DNA of 64,000 bases from Deltaproteobacteria bacterium (GTDB lineage Bacteria; Myxococcota; JACRCW01): assembly GCA_016218805.1 (NCBI GenBank), contig JACRCW010000085.1, forward strand, positions 62,001 through 126,000, written 5' to 3'. Below the pieces are notes generated by a model that saw nothing but the letters and a program-made list of their open reading frames with translations, ran no database searches and was not told the DNA's origin. The number at the start of each line of letters is the position of its first letter. Positions within the stretch are counted from its first letter, which is position 1. Positions 9,051 through 19,288 of the stretch are shown piece by piece. A program made the position numbers and the translations under genes.

Positions 9051-12000
9051 ATGGTCCGGCAGCGGGCATGGGGGTGGGTGGCGTGCGTGGCGGTGCTGGG
9101 GGCGGGCTGCACCGTGGAGCGGTTGTTCCCGGACAAGGTGGGCATCGGCGTGGCGCGGCTGACCATGCGCACGGCGGGCAACCTCGTCGCGCTCACGCAG
9201 GCGGACACCCGCTGCGGGTTCTCGTCACCGGACGTGGTGGCCGCCGCGGTGGTGGACGGCGAGCTGGGTGACGTGGGCAGCGTGACGTGGACGGTGACCG
9301 ATTGTGCGATGGACTTCGGCGCCCAGACGGAGACGGGCGTTGACTGCAACGGGGACAAGACGCTGGTGGGCGGGCGCGCGCGCGTGAGCGGCACCATGGT
9401 GCTGCACGGGACGCTGACGGGGAACCCGGCCAATCCGGTGGTCCCTGACGGCGCGGAGGCCGTGGAGTTCCGCCTGGAAGCTGCGCTGGAGGAGTTCCAG
9501 GTGCTGTCCAGCGCCTCCAGCGCCTCCATGCTGGTGCACCAGGGCAACCTTGCGTTCGTGGCCCGGCCGCACCTGGCGGTGAGCGCGTCACTGGGCGTGT
9601 GCGCGGTGGCCACCAGCAACCTCACGCTGGAGGCCGTGCACTGGGGCGCGGCCACCGCCGCCGTCACCAGTGACGGGCGGACGTTTGAGACGGAGATCCG
9701 GGACAGCGCGCTGGAGGCGCAGGTGGGCCGGTGGCTGGAGCGCGAAAACGATCTGTCCGGCACCATCACCGTGTGGTCCAACAAGATCACCATCCCCACC
9801 CGCCAGACGCTGCCGCTGCTGACCACCGCGGACTCCGGCCTGGACCCCGAGTACGACGCGGAGAAGTTCATCAACGGCTTTGCGTGCAAGCCGGACCTGG
9901 CGCTGCCGGTGAGCTACCAGTGCGGCTCGCTCACCCCCGTGCTGGCCGAAGGCGCCTCGCGCCTCTCCATCGCGCTGTTCGGCACGCTGGTGTCGCTGGT
10001 GGACGCGGATGCGCGCTGCGGGTTCTCGTCACTGTCCGCCGCCACGCAGCTCACGCTGCAGGGTGAGACCGGCCGTGCGGGCGGCACGGCAACATGGGGC
10101 CTGGGTGCGGGCTGCACGCTGGAGCTGCCCGCCGCCACCCCGGTGAAGACGGACTGCAACGGCGTGCGCACGCTGGCCGGCGGGAAGTTCACCGCCACGG
10201 GGACCAAGACCATCCGCGGCATCCTCACCGGGGACCCCGCGCAGCCGGTCATCCCCACCTCGCGGGACCCCGCGGAGATCACGCTCACCATCACCCTGGA
10301 CGGCTTTGAGGTCTCGTTCTCCAACAACGGCAACGCGCTGCGGGCCCACAGCGGGACCCTGGCGGGCACGCTGCGCCCTCGCGTGGCCAGGGACACCACC
10401 ACCGGCGCCTGCTCGGTCTCCACGCCCGTGGTGGCATTTGACGCCGTCACCTGGACCAACGCGGACCTGCTGCTCACCGCGGACGGCAACCACTTCAAGC
10501 TGCACGTGGACGGCTCGCACCTGGACGCGCAGAACGGGACCCGGGACGCACGCACCAACTACCTGGACGGCGCCATCACGCTGTCCGGGGAGGAGTTCAC
10601 GGTCCCGCTGGACCGCGAGCGCCTGGCGCTGGACCCCACCTACGACGCGGCCGTGTTCGACACCTCCTGGCGCTGCACCCCCAACATGGTGGTCCCGGAG
10701 TCGGACGCGGAGTGCCTGATGACGCCGGTGTTCGCGGAAGGCGCGGCGCGCCTGACCGCGCAGAACTTTGGCGCGGTGATCTCCATCCTGGACAAGGACA
10801 CGCGCTGCGGCTTCTCGTCTCCCGGCGCGCAGGTGGGCCTGGTCACCACCGGCGTGCTGGGCGAACGCGGCGGCACCGCCACCTGGCGCATCACCACGCC
10901 GTGCGTCCTGGACTTTCCCGTCCAGGTCACCGCGTCCACGGACTGCGCCGGCGCCACCACCACCGTGCAGGGCCGCGTGGCCGTCACCGGCACCAAGACG
11001 CTGCGCGGGATCCTCAGCGGTGACCCGGGGCAGCCCATTGTGCCCACCTCGCGGGACCCTGCGGAAATCACCGCGCACGTGGAGTTCACCGAGTTCACCG
11101 CCACCTCCTCCGCCAGCCCCAATTCGTTGACGTGGAAGACCGGCTCGTTGGACGGCACGCTGCGCCCGCGCCTGGCCGTGGACACCACCTCCGGCGCGTG
11201 CGCCATCTCCACGCCCATCGCCGCGTTTTCCGAGCTGCGCTACCAGGAGGCGGACGTGGCGCTGCATGCCGGGCCCAAGACGTTCCTGCTGCACGTCAAC
11301 GCGTCGTCCCTCAACGCGCAGAACGGGAACGCGGACGCGCACACCAACTGGCTGTCCGGGACCATGACGGTGGACGGGACGGCCATTGCCGTGCCGCTGG
11401 ACGCGGCCCGTCCGCTGCTGAACCCGGACTACAACCAGCAGACGTTTGATGCGTCCTGGGCGTGCACGCCCAACATGCGCCCCGCCACCCAGGAGCAGGA
11501 CTGCAACTTCACGCGCGTGCTGGCGGAGAACACCGGGCGCCTGTTCATCCAGACCGCGGGCACGCTGGCCACCATGCTCAACACGGACTCGGGCTGCGGG
11601 TTTGAGAACCTGGTGGTGCAGGCCACGCCGGATGAGACGGTGGGTTCAGACGGCGAGCAGGGCTTCCTGCGCTGGGAAATCCAGAACTGCCGCCTGGGGT
11701 ATGACTCCATGACCGTGTTCCAGGAGGACTGCTTCGGCGGCGAGATCGCCGTGTCCGGCTGGGCCAACATGGACTCCGGACGCACCGTGCACGGCATCCG
11801 CGAGACCCTGTACCTGGTGCTGGCCTCCATCCGCCCGGACACCCCGGACGACGTGGAGATCCGCATCAACAACGTCCGCTTTGAGGAGTTCACCGCCGCG
11901 TACAACGTCCCGGCCACCGGCGTGCCCAAGGGCTACCTGGTCATCCACGGCGGACAGTTCAGCGCCACCATCCATCCCTACCTGGGCGAGCGCGCGTCCG

Positions 12001-12308
12001 ATCCGGGCAAGTTCGACGTGGCCATGCCCATCCCGTACTCCACGTCCAACACCGTGGTGCAGGCCCAGGACCTCACCGCCACGCTGTATTCCGAAGGCAA
12101 GCAGTTCAACGTGCGCGTCAACCAGGCCAATGTGGACGGGCAGAACGGGACCTGGCGCGGGCGGAGCAATTCGCTACGCGGGACCATCAGCGTGGACAAC
12201 CAGGCGTTCACCCTGGACATCCCGCTCAAGCCGGACTTCAACGCCGCCACCTTCCCGCAGGGCTACCTGTGCACGGAAGACCTGGCCGGCCCCGTTCCGC
12301 CGGGCTGA
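9051..12308 (+). CDS. Large Cys-containing lipoprotein made of four tandem ~265-aa repeats
   Basis: GGAGGTG RBS; lipobox LGAGC; DxxCGF motifs at 9204, 10008, 10797 and 11586; recurring GDPxQPxxPTSRDPAE and GACxxxTP. Confidence 0.85.
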   Translation: MVRQRAWGWVACVAVLGAGCTVERLFPDKVGIGVARLTMRTAGNLVALTQADTRCGFSSPDVVAAAVVDGELGDVGSVTWTVTDCAMDFGAQTETGVDCNGDKTLVGGRARVSGTMVLHGTLTGNPANPVVPDGAEAVEFRLEAALEEFQVLSSASSASMLVHQGNLAFVARPHLAVSASLGVCAVATSNLTLEAVHWGAATAAVTSDGRTFETEIRDSALEAQVGRWLERENDLSGTITVWSNKITIPTRQTLPLLTTADSGLDPEYDAEKFINGFACKPDLALPVSYQCGSLTPVLAEGASRLSIALFGTLVSLVDADARCGFSSLSAATQLTLQGETGRAGGTATWGLGAGCTLELPAATPVKTDCNGVRTLAGGKFTATGTKTIRGILTGDPAQPVIPTSRDPAEITLTITLDGFEVSFSNNGNALRAHSGTLAGTLRPRVARDTTTGACSVSTPVVAFDAVTWTNADLLLTADGNHFKLHVDGSHLDAQNGTRDARTNYLDGAITLSGEEFTVPLDRERLALDPTYDAAVFDTSWRCTPNMVVPESDAECLMTPVFAEGAARLTAQNFGAVISILDKDTRCGFSSPGAQVGLVTTGVLGERGGTATWRITTPCVLDFPVQVTASTDCAGATTTVQGRVAVTGTKTLRGILSGDPGQPIVPTSRDPAEITAHVEFTEFTATSSASPNSLTWKTGSLDGTLRPRLAVDTTSGACAISTPIAAFSELRYQEADVALHAGPKTFLLHVNASSLNAQNGNADAHTNWLSGTMTVDGTAIAVPLDAARPLLNPDYNQQTFDASWACTPNMRPATQEQDCNFTRVLAENTGRLFIQTAGTLATMLNTDSGCGFENLVVQATPDETVGSDGEQGFLRWEIQNCRLGYDSMTVFQEDCFGGEIAVSGWANMDSGRTVHGIRETLYLVLASIRPDTPDDVEIRINNVRFEEFTAAYNVPATGVPKGYLVIHGGQFSATIHPYLGERASDPGKFDVAMPIPYSTSNTVVQAQDLTATLYSEGKQFNVRVNQANVDGQNGTWRGRSNSLRGTISVDNQAFTLDIPLKPDFNAATFPQGYLCTEDLAGPVPPG

Positions 12309-12314
12309 GCCCGC

Positions 12315-13544
12315 TCAGCGCACCAGCCCGCGCTCCACCACGTCACAGAAGCGCGCACACAGCGCCTCCCGCCCCAGTTCTCCGGCCACCAGCGCCGCCG
12401 CGCGCGCTCCCAACTCGGCCCGCTGCGCCTCCGGCAGGTCCGCCAATTCGCGCAGCGCCGCCACCGCGCCGTCCACATCCCCGTGCTCCACGCGGCGGCC
12501 CATGCCGTGCGCGTCCATGAGGTCCGCCACCGGATTGGGCGCCGGCCCCAGGACCAGCAGCGGGCGGGACACGGCCATGGCGCCGTACGCCTTGGACGGG
12601 TGCACCAGGCCCACCACGCCCGCCGCCATGCTCACCACGTGCACGTCCGCGGCGGACAAGGACGCGCGCAGGTCCCCCAACGGCTGGAACGGCAGCGAGC
12701 GCACGTTACGCGCGCCGCGGCGGATGCGCTCCTCCACCTCGTGCTTGCCCGTCCCGCCGCCCACAAACAGAAAGACAAAGCGCGAGTCCTCCGCCAGCCG
12801 CGCGGCGGCGTCCAGCACGGTGGTGAGCGGATGCGCGGGGCCGTGGTTGCCTGAGTACATCACCACGAACTTCCCCTGCAGGCCCTCGCGTGCGCGGAAC
12901 GGATTGTCGGCGTGCGGCAGGTTTGCGGCCGGCGGGTGCATGGGCCAGGGCGGGAGGATGGTGAACCGGCCATCCACCGCGTGCTTGCGCGCCACGCGGT
13001 CACGCATGAAGCGGTCCATGAGCACCACGTCCGCGGCGCGGCGCAACGTGAAGGTGTTGAGCGCGTCAAACAGGCGAACCGGCAGGGAGTGTTCATCCAT
13101 GAGGCCCAGCGCCACCGCCTGGTCCGGGTTGAGGTCCATCAGCCAGTACTTGAGCGGCGCGCGGCGCAGCACAGACAGCATGGCCCCGGCCGCGCCACAG
13201 AACGGCGGTGAGGTGCTGACCAGCACGCCGCGGAGGCCAGGCACCGCCAGCGCGCGCACCAGCGCCTGTGCGGTGAACAGCGCCCCGCCGGCCAGCCGCG
13301 CCCGCAGGCTCCCCTTGCCAAAGCTGGACAGCGACAGGCGCTGGACCTCCACGCCGTCCAGGACCTCATGGGACGGGTAGCGGGCGGTGGGGTCGTCATA
13401 GCCGCGGGCGGCAGTCAGCACGCGCACGCGCCAGCCCCGGCGGACCAGTTCACGCGCAACGTCCGCCAGGTGCTGCCCGGCGGCCGCCGGGTCCGGCACA
13501 AACACCTGGCTGAGGATGACAATGGTCCCGCGCGCGTCCCGCAT
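12315..13544 (-). CDS. Glycosyltransferase family 4 (WcaI-like)
   Basis: SQVFVPD, STSPPF, MDLNPD, YSGNHG, PSKAYGAMA GT-B motifs. Confidence 0.9.
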   Translation of the reverse strand: MRDARGTIVILSQVFVPDPAAAGQHLADVARELVRRGWRVRVLTAARGYDDPTARYPSHEVLDGVEVQRLSLSSFGKGSLRARLAGGALFTAQALVRALAVPGLRGVLVSTSPPFCGAAGAMLSVLRRAPLKYWLMDLNPDQAVALGLMDEHSLPVRLFDALNTFTLRRAADVVLMDRFMRDRVARKHAVDGRFTILPPWPMHPPAANLPHADNPFRAREGLQGKFVVMYSGNHGPAHPLTTVLDAAARLAEDSRFVFLFVGGGTGKHEVEERIRRGARNVRSLPFQPLGDLRASLSAADVHVVSMAAGVVGLVHPSKAYGAMAVSRPLLVLGPAPNPVADLMDAHGMGRRVEHGDVDGAVAALRELADLPEAQRAELGARAAALVAGELGREALCARFCDVVERGLVR

Positions 13545-13847
13545 GCTGCCCGTCCGCGCGGGGACCCTACCCCAGCCCCGGCTGCAGTGGTGTCCGCGCG
13601 GGTCACCGCTCCGGTCCGGCCGCGCGTCACACGGGGAAAACCCGCAACCGGGCGCGGCTTCACTCCGAGCGGGCGCTGCAGCTCGTGATTCGGTCATGAG
13701 CGACGGTGCAGCGGTCACTGGAGAGCGTGTTTCGGCCACCATCCAACAGAATCCGGCCGTATCACGGGTGCGTTTGCTGGCCTGTGAGCGTCTCTGTCCG
13801 TCCAAGAGGCGCCCTTTCTTCTACCGTGATGCAGGCGTCATCTGCCG

Positions 13848-14188
13848 GCGCTGCAGCGACGACCGTCCTCATGGCCCCCGATCACACGCAGTACAGGTGT
13901 GGGGCCGGCGTCCCCGCCGGCCGCCGACACGAATCTCTCCCCCTGCATGCCCGCACGCCCCATCCTCCCGCCCGTAGCTTGAAGGCGGGAGGGCCGGCTG
14001 CGCCGGCTTGTCATCAAAGAGGAGGGTTGTGCCGGCGGCCGGCGGGGACGCCGGCCCCACGATCATTGTGGCGCATTTGGGGACCCCGCGTTCCACCCCA
14101 CCACAGGTCCCTTCGCGGCGGACCGTCCTGCGCTGCAGCGACGACCGTCCTCATGGCCCCCGGTCACACGCAATACAGGTGTGGGGCC
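13848..14188. repeat. 59-bp direct repeat, two copies (13848-13906 and 14130-14188)
   Basis: GCGCTGCAGCGACGACCGTCCTCATGGCCCCCG[A/G]TCACACGCA[G/A]TACAGGTGTGGGGCC; two mismatches; internal GGCCC/CACAC hairpin. Confidence 0.9.
13899..14060. repeat. REP/REPIN-like element: 32-bp inverted repeat arms with an internal hairpin
   Basis: 13899-13930 is the reverse complement of 14029-14060 with one mismatch; internal stem CCTCCCGCC/GGCGGGAGG at 13964-13992. Confidence 0.8.
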
Positions 14189-14239
14189 ATTTGGGCGCAT
14201 TGGGTGTCCTGAGTTCCACCCCACCCCAGGTCCGTCGCG

Positions 14240-15781
14240 TCAGTGCGCTGGCGCCCCGTCACCGTGGGGGGCGTGGAGGTGGCGCGCCAACTCCGGGTCC
14301 CCACCGGCGCAGCGGGGCGGTTTCAGCTGGATCTCTCCGTGGGACTCCTTGACCGCACCGCCGGAATACCGGACCCAGCCCAATGACCCGCCACCTTCCC
14401 CGTACTCCGTCCATTCCCCGTCCCGCAGTCCCTCCACGTAGCCACCCGCAAACCGCTTCTGCCCGCTGGGATAGAACGCCGCATACGGACCATGACGACG
14501 CCCCTGCTCATCGTACGTGACCAGTTCAATAAGCCGCGCGTCCGGGCAGAAACGGCGCCACTTGCCGGTACGCTCACCCCCCTTCCAGCTCTGCGCCCAC
14601 GCCGCCTGGCCCCCCGCATACCAACCCACCCACGTGCCATCGCGCCGGCCGTCCTCGTAGCGGCCCTGTGATGCGCGGCTGCCGTCCTCGTAATAGCGGG
14701 CAAACACGCCGTGCTGCCGCCCCGCCCGCCAGGCCACCTCCACCCGCTGGTGCAGGCAACGCGCACCGGTGCCGCGGCACCGCTCGGTGAACCCCTCCCA
14801 CTTTCCGTCCCGCTTGCCCATCACGTAGTGGCCCGTCCACAGCTCGGTCTCGTGCATGTCGTCGGTCTGCGCGGTGCGGTCTGACCATTCCTCCCACGGC
14901 CCCGTGCGCTCGTCGTCCAGGAACGCGCCCTTTTCGCGCAGGCGCCCGTCCGCCCCAAACCGCAGGAACACCCCGTCCTTGTGGCCCGCCTTGAACTGCC
15001 CCACCTCACGCACGGTGCCGCGGGCGTCCCATTGCACGCTGGCCCCGTGCAGCCGGCCCTCCTTGTCCACGCAGTGGCGCCAGCGTCCCACGTCAGCCGG
15101 CGGGGTGGCCGGGTCCGCGCGGCGGCGCTCCGCCAGGGACGGGCCATCCTGCGCACGGGCGCCACGGGGGCACGAATGATCCACCTGCGCGGGCGCAGCG
15201 GGACGTGGCCGCGGCGGGAACAGCTCCAGGCGCGGCCCCCCGTCGGGCGCGGGCGGGCGCGGTGGGGCGGGCTCAATCACCGGCGGCGGGAGCTCACCGC
15301 CGCCCGCCGGCGGCGGGTCCCCCGTCCCAAAGAACGCCAGCCCCGGCACCTCCACGCGGCCGGTGCGCGCCGCGTCGTCCAGCAACGCCGTGACGGCCGG
15401 CGGCACCCCGGGCACGCCCTCCAGGGCGGAACGGGTGGCGCGCGCCACCTCGCGCAGCCCCAGGTTGAGGGCACGCGTGGTGGACAGCAGGATCCCACCG
15501 TGCACCGCGCCCAGCACCAGCAGCGCCAGCACGTGGATGGCATTGGGGCGGCCATTGGCGCGGCGCAGCGCGCGCGCCGCACGCCAGGCCAGCCAGGTGG
15601 GCACCAGGGCGCCCACCACCGCCGCGGCCACCGCGCGCCACGGCATGGGCAGCCGCTCCCCCACCGCGGCCAGCAGCACCAACGACGACGCCACCGCGCC
15701 CGCCACGCCCGCCAGCAACACCAGCAGCGCGAGCACCGGGTTGGCGCGCCCGGGCGGGCCGGCAGGCACAAACTCGCGCAT
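14240..15781 (-). CDS. Membrane-anchored MORN-variant repeat protein (YwqK-like repeats)
   Basis: About three N-terminal TM helices, Pro-rich linker, repeated G.W..WY..G/G.Y..G.RDG units; TGATG coupling to the upstream gene. Confidence 0.8.
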   Translation of the reverse strand: MREFVPAGPPGRANPVLALLVLLAGVAGAVASSLVLLAAVGERLPMPWRAVAAAVVGALVPTWLAWRAARALRRANGRPNAIHVLALLVLGAVHGGILLSTTRALNLGLREVARATRSALEGVPGVPPAVTALLDDAARTGRVEVPGLAFFGTGDPPPAGGGELPPPVIEPAPPRPPAPDGGPRLELFPPRPRPAAPAQVDHSCPRGARAQDGPSLAERRRADPATPPADVGRWRHCVDKEGRLHGASVQWDARGTVREVGQFKAGHKDGVFLRFGADGRLREKGAFLDDERTGPWEEWSDRTAQTDDMHETELWTGHYVMGKRDGKWEGFTERCRGTGARCLHQRVEVAWRAGRQHGVFARYYEDGSRASQGRYEDGRRDGTWVGWYAGGQAAWAQSWKGGERTGKWRRFCPDARLIELVTYDEQGRRHGPYAAFYPSGQKRFAGGYVEGLRDGEWTEYGEGGGSLGWVRYSGGAVKESHGEIQLKPPRCAGGDPELARHLHAPHGDGAPAH

Positions 15782-16593
15782 CACGGCAGCTCCACCGCGT
15801 GCCCGCCGGATTGCCAATAACGGTCAATGGCGACGCCCACCTCGTCACGAATGGCGGTGAGCGCGCGGTCCCGCCGCGCCTCCAGGAACGCGGACCACTT
15901 GCGCACACGGAACAACTGGCCGTCCCCGCCGGGGAGCCGGCGCTCGTACGCGGAGCGCGTGGGGGGTGCCAGCATCTCCATGAGGACCAGCTCCGCCAGC
16001 CGGCCCGCCGTGATCTCCCGCGGGGAGGCCCGGCGCAGGTGCCACGGCGCGGTGCGCGCACTGGGCAGGCCGGGGGGCACCTCCACCGGGTGCGGGGCGC
16101 CTATGCGCGCCGCCAGCCACAAGGCGGCCTCCAGGTCACCCGCACGGATCAATTCGGCCGCGGTTTCCGCGCGGAGCGACGGGGACACGCCGGGATCCGT
16201 GAGCAGCTTCACCCGCTGCCCCATCTCCAGCTGGATGTCCGCTGGACCGTGCTCGCGCGTGCCCTGCATGGCGGCGACCGGTGAGTCCGGCCTTGCGCCC
16301 GCGATGAAGTCGTCACCCTCGTAATAGCCCGGCATCTTGGGCTTGGCGCGCATCACGTCCCGGATGACGCCGGGCATCATCCACGGATCCGGGAGGTCCC
16401 CCGGCAGCATCCCGCGCGGCACCGGCGGGGACGGGTAACCCGCCGGCCACAGGCCCGCGGCCGGGGGCGGCGCACCGGGCACCTGCGCCAGCGCCGTGGC
16501 GGCCAGCGCCAGCCCGCCCAGGACCAGCAGCAGCCGCCGCGCCCGCCGGGGCACGGGGGACGCTCGCACCGGGACAAGGCGACGCGCGCGCAT
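15781..16593 (-). CDS. Hypothetical secreted protein
   Basis: Arg-rich n-region plus hydrophobic signal ending ALA-Q; TGATG overlaps on both sides. Confidence 0.6.
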   Translation of the reverse strand: MRARRLVPVRASPVPRRARRLLLVLGGLALAATALAQVPGAPPPAAGLWPAGYPSPPVPRGMLPGDLPDPWMMPGVIRDVMRAKPKMPGYYEGDDFIAGARPDSPVAAMQGTREHGPADIQLEMGQRVKLLTDPGVSPSLRAETAAELIRAGDLEAALWLAARIGAPHPVEVPPGLPSARTAPWHLRRASPREITAGRLAELVLMEMLAPPTRSAYERRLPGGDGQLFRVRKWSAFLEARRDRALTAIRDEVGVAIDRYWQSGGHAVELP

Positions 16594-18557
16594 CAGTCCA
16601 CGCACCACGCGTCGCAGTCGCGTTGGATGAGGCCGCGCACAAACAGGTGCGGGAAGGGCGGCTCGGGGTCCTCGCCTTCCACGGGGCGGCCCACCGGGTC
16701 CGTCCGGCCGCCCAGCGTCCAGCGCGCCGGGCGGCGGGCCAACCACGCCTTGACCGCGGCGGGGTCCGCCAGTGCCACGCCGTACTCATGCGCGTAGGGC
16801 GAGGGCACCCGCACAAACAGGGTCCCCGCGGACGAGCCGGCCATCATGGGGCGGTCCACCGCCTGCACCTGGGCGTCCCCGGCATCCAGCACGGCGCCAC
16901 CCTGGCAGTCCGCCAGCTTCACGCTGGTCAGCGGGGTGGCCCAGAACACCAGGCGCTCCCCACGCGCGGCGGGCGCCTCCGGGCTGCTCTCCATGAGTTC
17001 GCGCCAGGTGAAGCGCAGCCAGCTGCCGCCGTCCACGCGCTTCTCCAGCGCGCGGCGGTTCTGGTTGTACCCGGGCATCACGCGCGCCTGGAACTCCGCC
17101 AGGCGCGCCTTGTACTCCGCCTTGGCGGGGGCCTCGCAGTCCTCCTCGGAGATGAACCGGGTGCAGTCCGTGGGCGGCACGTACCGCGGCGAACACGGCG
17201 GCCGGAAATCCACCCCGGTCACGCACAGGCTCTTCTCGCGCGCGGCTTCCTCGGCGCCCTTGATGTCATGCAGCGGCGTGAAGATGCCGCGGTCATTGGC
17301 GCCGTTGATGTACGCCGCCTCCGTCAGGTCCCCGTCACAACCGTGCAGCAGCATGGCGTGCCGGGGACCGCGGGCCGCCGCGTCCGCGGCGCGGCCGGGG
17401 CTCAACCAGCGCATCAGCACGTCAAACCGGCCGGCCTGGAAGCTGGTCTCCACCAGCGCCTTCTCCGTGGTCTCCCGCGCCTGGAGCGACATGGCGCGCG
17501 CCACCAGGACCAGGGACTCGTCCAGGTTGCCGGCCTGGCGCGCACGGGCGGCCCCGCGCAGCAGGTAGGTCTCATCCTGGGCGCGCAGGGACAGCGCCCA
17601 CGCCGGCACAAACCCCTGCACCTGCCGGCCACCCGGGAAACTCACGCCGCCCTTGCCAAACGGGTCAAACGCAATCACCCCGCCCAGGTTGGTGCGGACC
17701 TTGGCCCACCCCTGCGCAATCTCCAGGATGGCCACCGGGTGGTTGGTGCGCAGCGTGTCCAGGATGTCACCCTCGGTGGAGGCCGCCTTGCGGACCACCA
17801 CCTCGTCCACCTGCACCCACGCGGGCTTGAACGGCTCCGGCGGCAGGCCCGGCAGTGCGGGCAGCGCGGGCAGCGGCGGCAGGTCCTTGAGCAGCGAGTC
17901 GGCCTCGTCGGTGTCATCGCGGCGGCGCAGGATCTCCGCCAGCAGGCGCCGCGGCACCGCTTCTCCCGGGTGCAGCGCCACGGCGTTGCGCGTCAGCCGT
18001 TCCACGGCGTCCATGCGGTGGTACAGCGCCTGCTGCTGGATGGCGCTGAGCATGGCAGCCAGCGTGGGCACCATGGGGCTCACCGCGGCCGCGTCCAGGA
18101 AGCCGCGCACGTTGCCCTCCTTGAGCAGGGCCACGCGCCCGTCCTCCAGCCACTCCGCGTTGGCCACCACCTCCACCTTGTCACCCAGGGACAGTGCGCC
18201 GCGCGCCACCCCCGCGCTGGCCGCCTCCGGCAGGTTGCGCGGCGAGCGGATGGGCACACCGTCCTGCACCGCGTAGTACGCGTCACCTTTCAGCGGGAAC
18301 GGCGCCAGGTCATTGCGCGCCACGTAGCCGTCATCCCCGCCCGCCCGCCGCACGAACGTCTTGGGACGCCACGGCGCCAACTCCGCCACCCGCACGCGCC
18401 GCGAGAAAATCAGCGTTTCGCGGCTGCGCGCCTGCGGCTCCGGCGCGTCCCGGACCTCGGCGGTGGCCCGGACCACCTGCATGTCCTGCTCCTTGCACGC
18501 GGACAGCGCCAGGAGGACCAGCACAACCACGGCGCTCGGCGGGATGCGGCGGGCCAT
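16593..18557 (-). CDS. Lipoprotein with SH3b-like and TPR-like segments
   Basis: Lipobox LSAC; VVVRKAAS..G..L..L....V.I.E...GWAKV..GFVPAWALS SH3b-like motif; GGAGGA RBS. Confidence 0.7.
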   Translation of the reverse strand: MARRIPPSAVVVLVLLALSACKEQDMQVVRATAEVRDAPEPQARSRETLIFSRRVRVAELAPWRPKTFVRRAGGDDGYVARNDLAPFPLKGDAYYAVQDGVPIRSPRNLPEAASAGVARGALSLGDKVEVVANAEWLEDGRVALLKEGNVRGFLDAAAVSPMVPTLAAMLSAIQQQALYHRMDAVERLTRNAVALHPGEAVPRRLLAEILRRRDDTDEADSLLKDLPPLPALPALPGLPPEPFKPAWVQVDEVVVRKAASTEGDILDTLRTNHPVAILEIAQGWAKVRTNLGGVIAFDPFGKGGVSFPGGRQVQGFVPAWALSLRAQDETYLLRGAARARQAGNLDESLVLVARAMSLQARETTEKALVETSFQAGRFDVLMRWLSPGRAADAAARGPRHAMLLHGCDGDLTEAAYINGANDRGIFTPLHDIKGAEEAAREKSLCVTGVDFRPPCSPRYVPPTDCTRFISEEDCEAPAKAEYKARLAEFQARVMPGYNQNRRALEKRVDGGSWLRFTWRELMESSPEAPAARGERLVFWATPLTSVKLADCQGGAVLDAGDAQVQAVDRPMMAGSSAGTLFVRVPSPYAHEYGVALADPAAVKAWLARRPARWTLGGRTDPVGRPVEGEDPEPPFPHLFVRGLIQRDCDAWCVD

Positions 18558-18610
18558 GCACGTTTCCTCCCACCCCCGCCGCGGGCTTGGCAAGGCGGCG
18601 GAACGCCCCG

Positions 18611-19288
18611 CTACAGGACCTCCAGTGGGTCCTTCCCGGCGGTGCGCGTGGCGCGGCGCCCCAGGGCCAGCAGGTACACTTCCGCGCTGGCCTGGCGCGT
18701 GGCCTTGGGACGGATGATCTCCGCGCGGTCAAAGCGCATCCGCGCGGCCAGCAAGAGGCGCTGCGTGTCCGGCCCCTGGAACGTCTTGACCACAAAGTGC
18801 CCGCCCGGCCGCAGCAGCACGTCACAGCACAGCAGCGCGCGCGCGGACAGGTCAAAACTGCGCGCCTGGTCCACCGAGCGGATCCCCGTGGTGTGCGGCG
18901 CCAGGTCACTCATCACCAGGTCCAGCGGGAGGCAGTCCGAGGGCAGGTGCTCCTGCGTCAGGTCCACCATGTCCATGGCGAGCGTGGTGACGTGCGGCGG
19001 GAGATCCAGCTTGACCACCTCCAGGTCCACGCCGACGACGCGGCCGCGGCTGCCCACGCGCTCCGCCGCAAACTGCAGCCAGCTCCCGGGCGCGCAGCCC
19101 AGGTCCAGCACGCGCGAACCCGGGCCCATCAACTGGTGCGCCTTGTCGATCTCCTGGAGCTTGTAGACGCTGCGTGCCGCGTAGCCCTCGTCCTTGGCGC
19201 GGGCCCAGTACACGTCGTGGCGCTTGTAGTGGCCCCCGGTGGTGGCCACCTTCTGGTCACGCTTGTCGTAGTGGGGTTTCCGCGCCAT
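18611..19288 (-). CDS. rlmE: 23S rRNA (Um2552) 2'-O-methyltransferase RlmE/FtsJ
   Basis: ARSVYKL, VLDLGCAPGSW, SDLAP..TG, FVVKTFQG, RPKATR..SAEVY (K-D-K-E tetrad). Confidence 0.93.
   Translation of the reverse strand: MARKPHYDKRDQKVATTGGHYKRHDVYWARAKDEGYAARSVYKLQEIDKAHQLMGPGSRVLDLGCAPGSWLQFAAERVGSRGRVVGVDLEVVKLDLPPHVTTLAMDMVDLTQEHLPSDCLPLDLVMSDLAPHTTGIRSVDQARSFDLSARALLCCDVLLRPGGHFVVKTFQGPDTQRLLLAARMRFDRAEIIRPKATRQASAEVYLLALGRRATRTAGKDPLEVL

Noticed and set aside
13848..14188. CRISPR or DGR (template/variable repeat) interpretation of the 59-bp repeat
   Set aside because: Only two copies, 223 bp apart; no cas or reverse transcriptase gene; the two mismatches are reciprocal A/G changes and the copies are non-coding
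14240..15781. Toxin-antitoxin call from the YwqK-like repeats
   Set aside because: The MORN-variant repeats are generic and no toxin gene is adjacent
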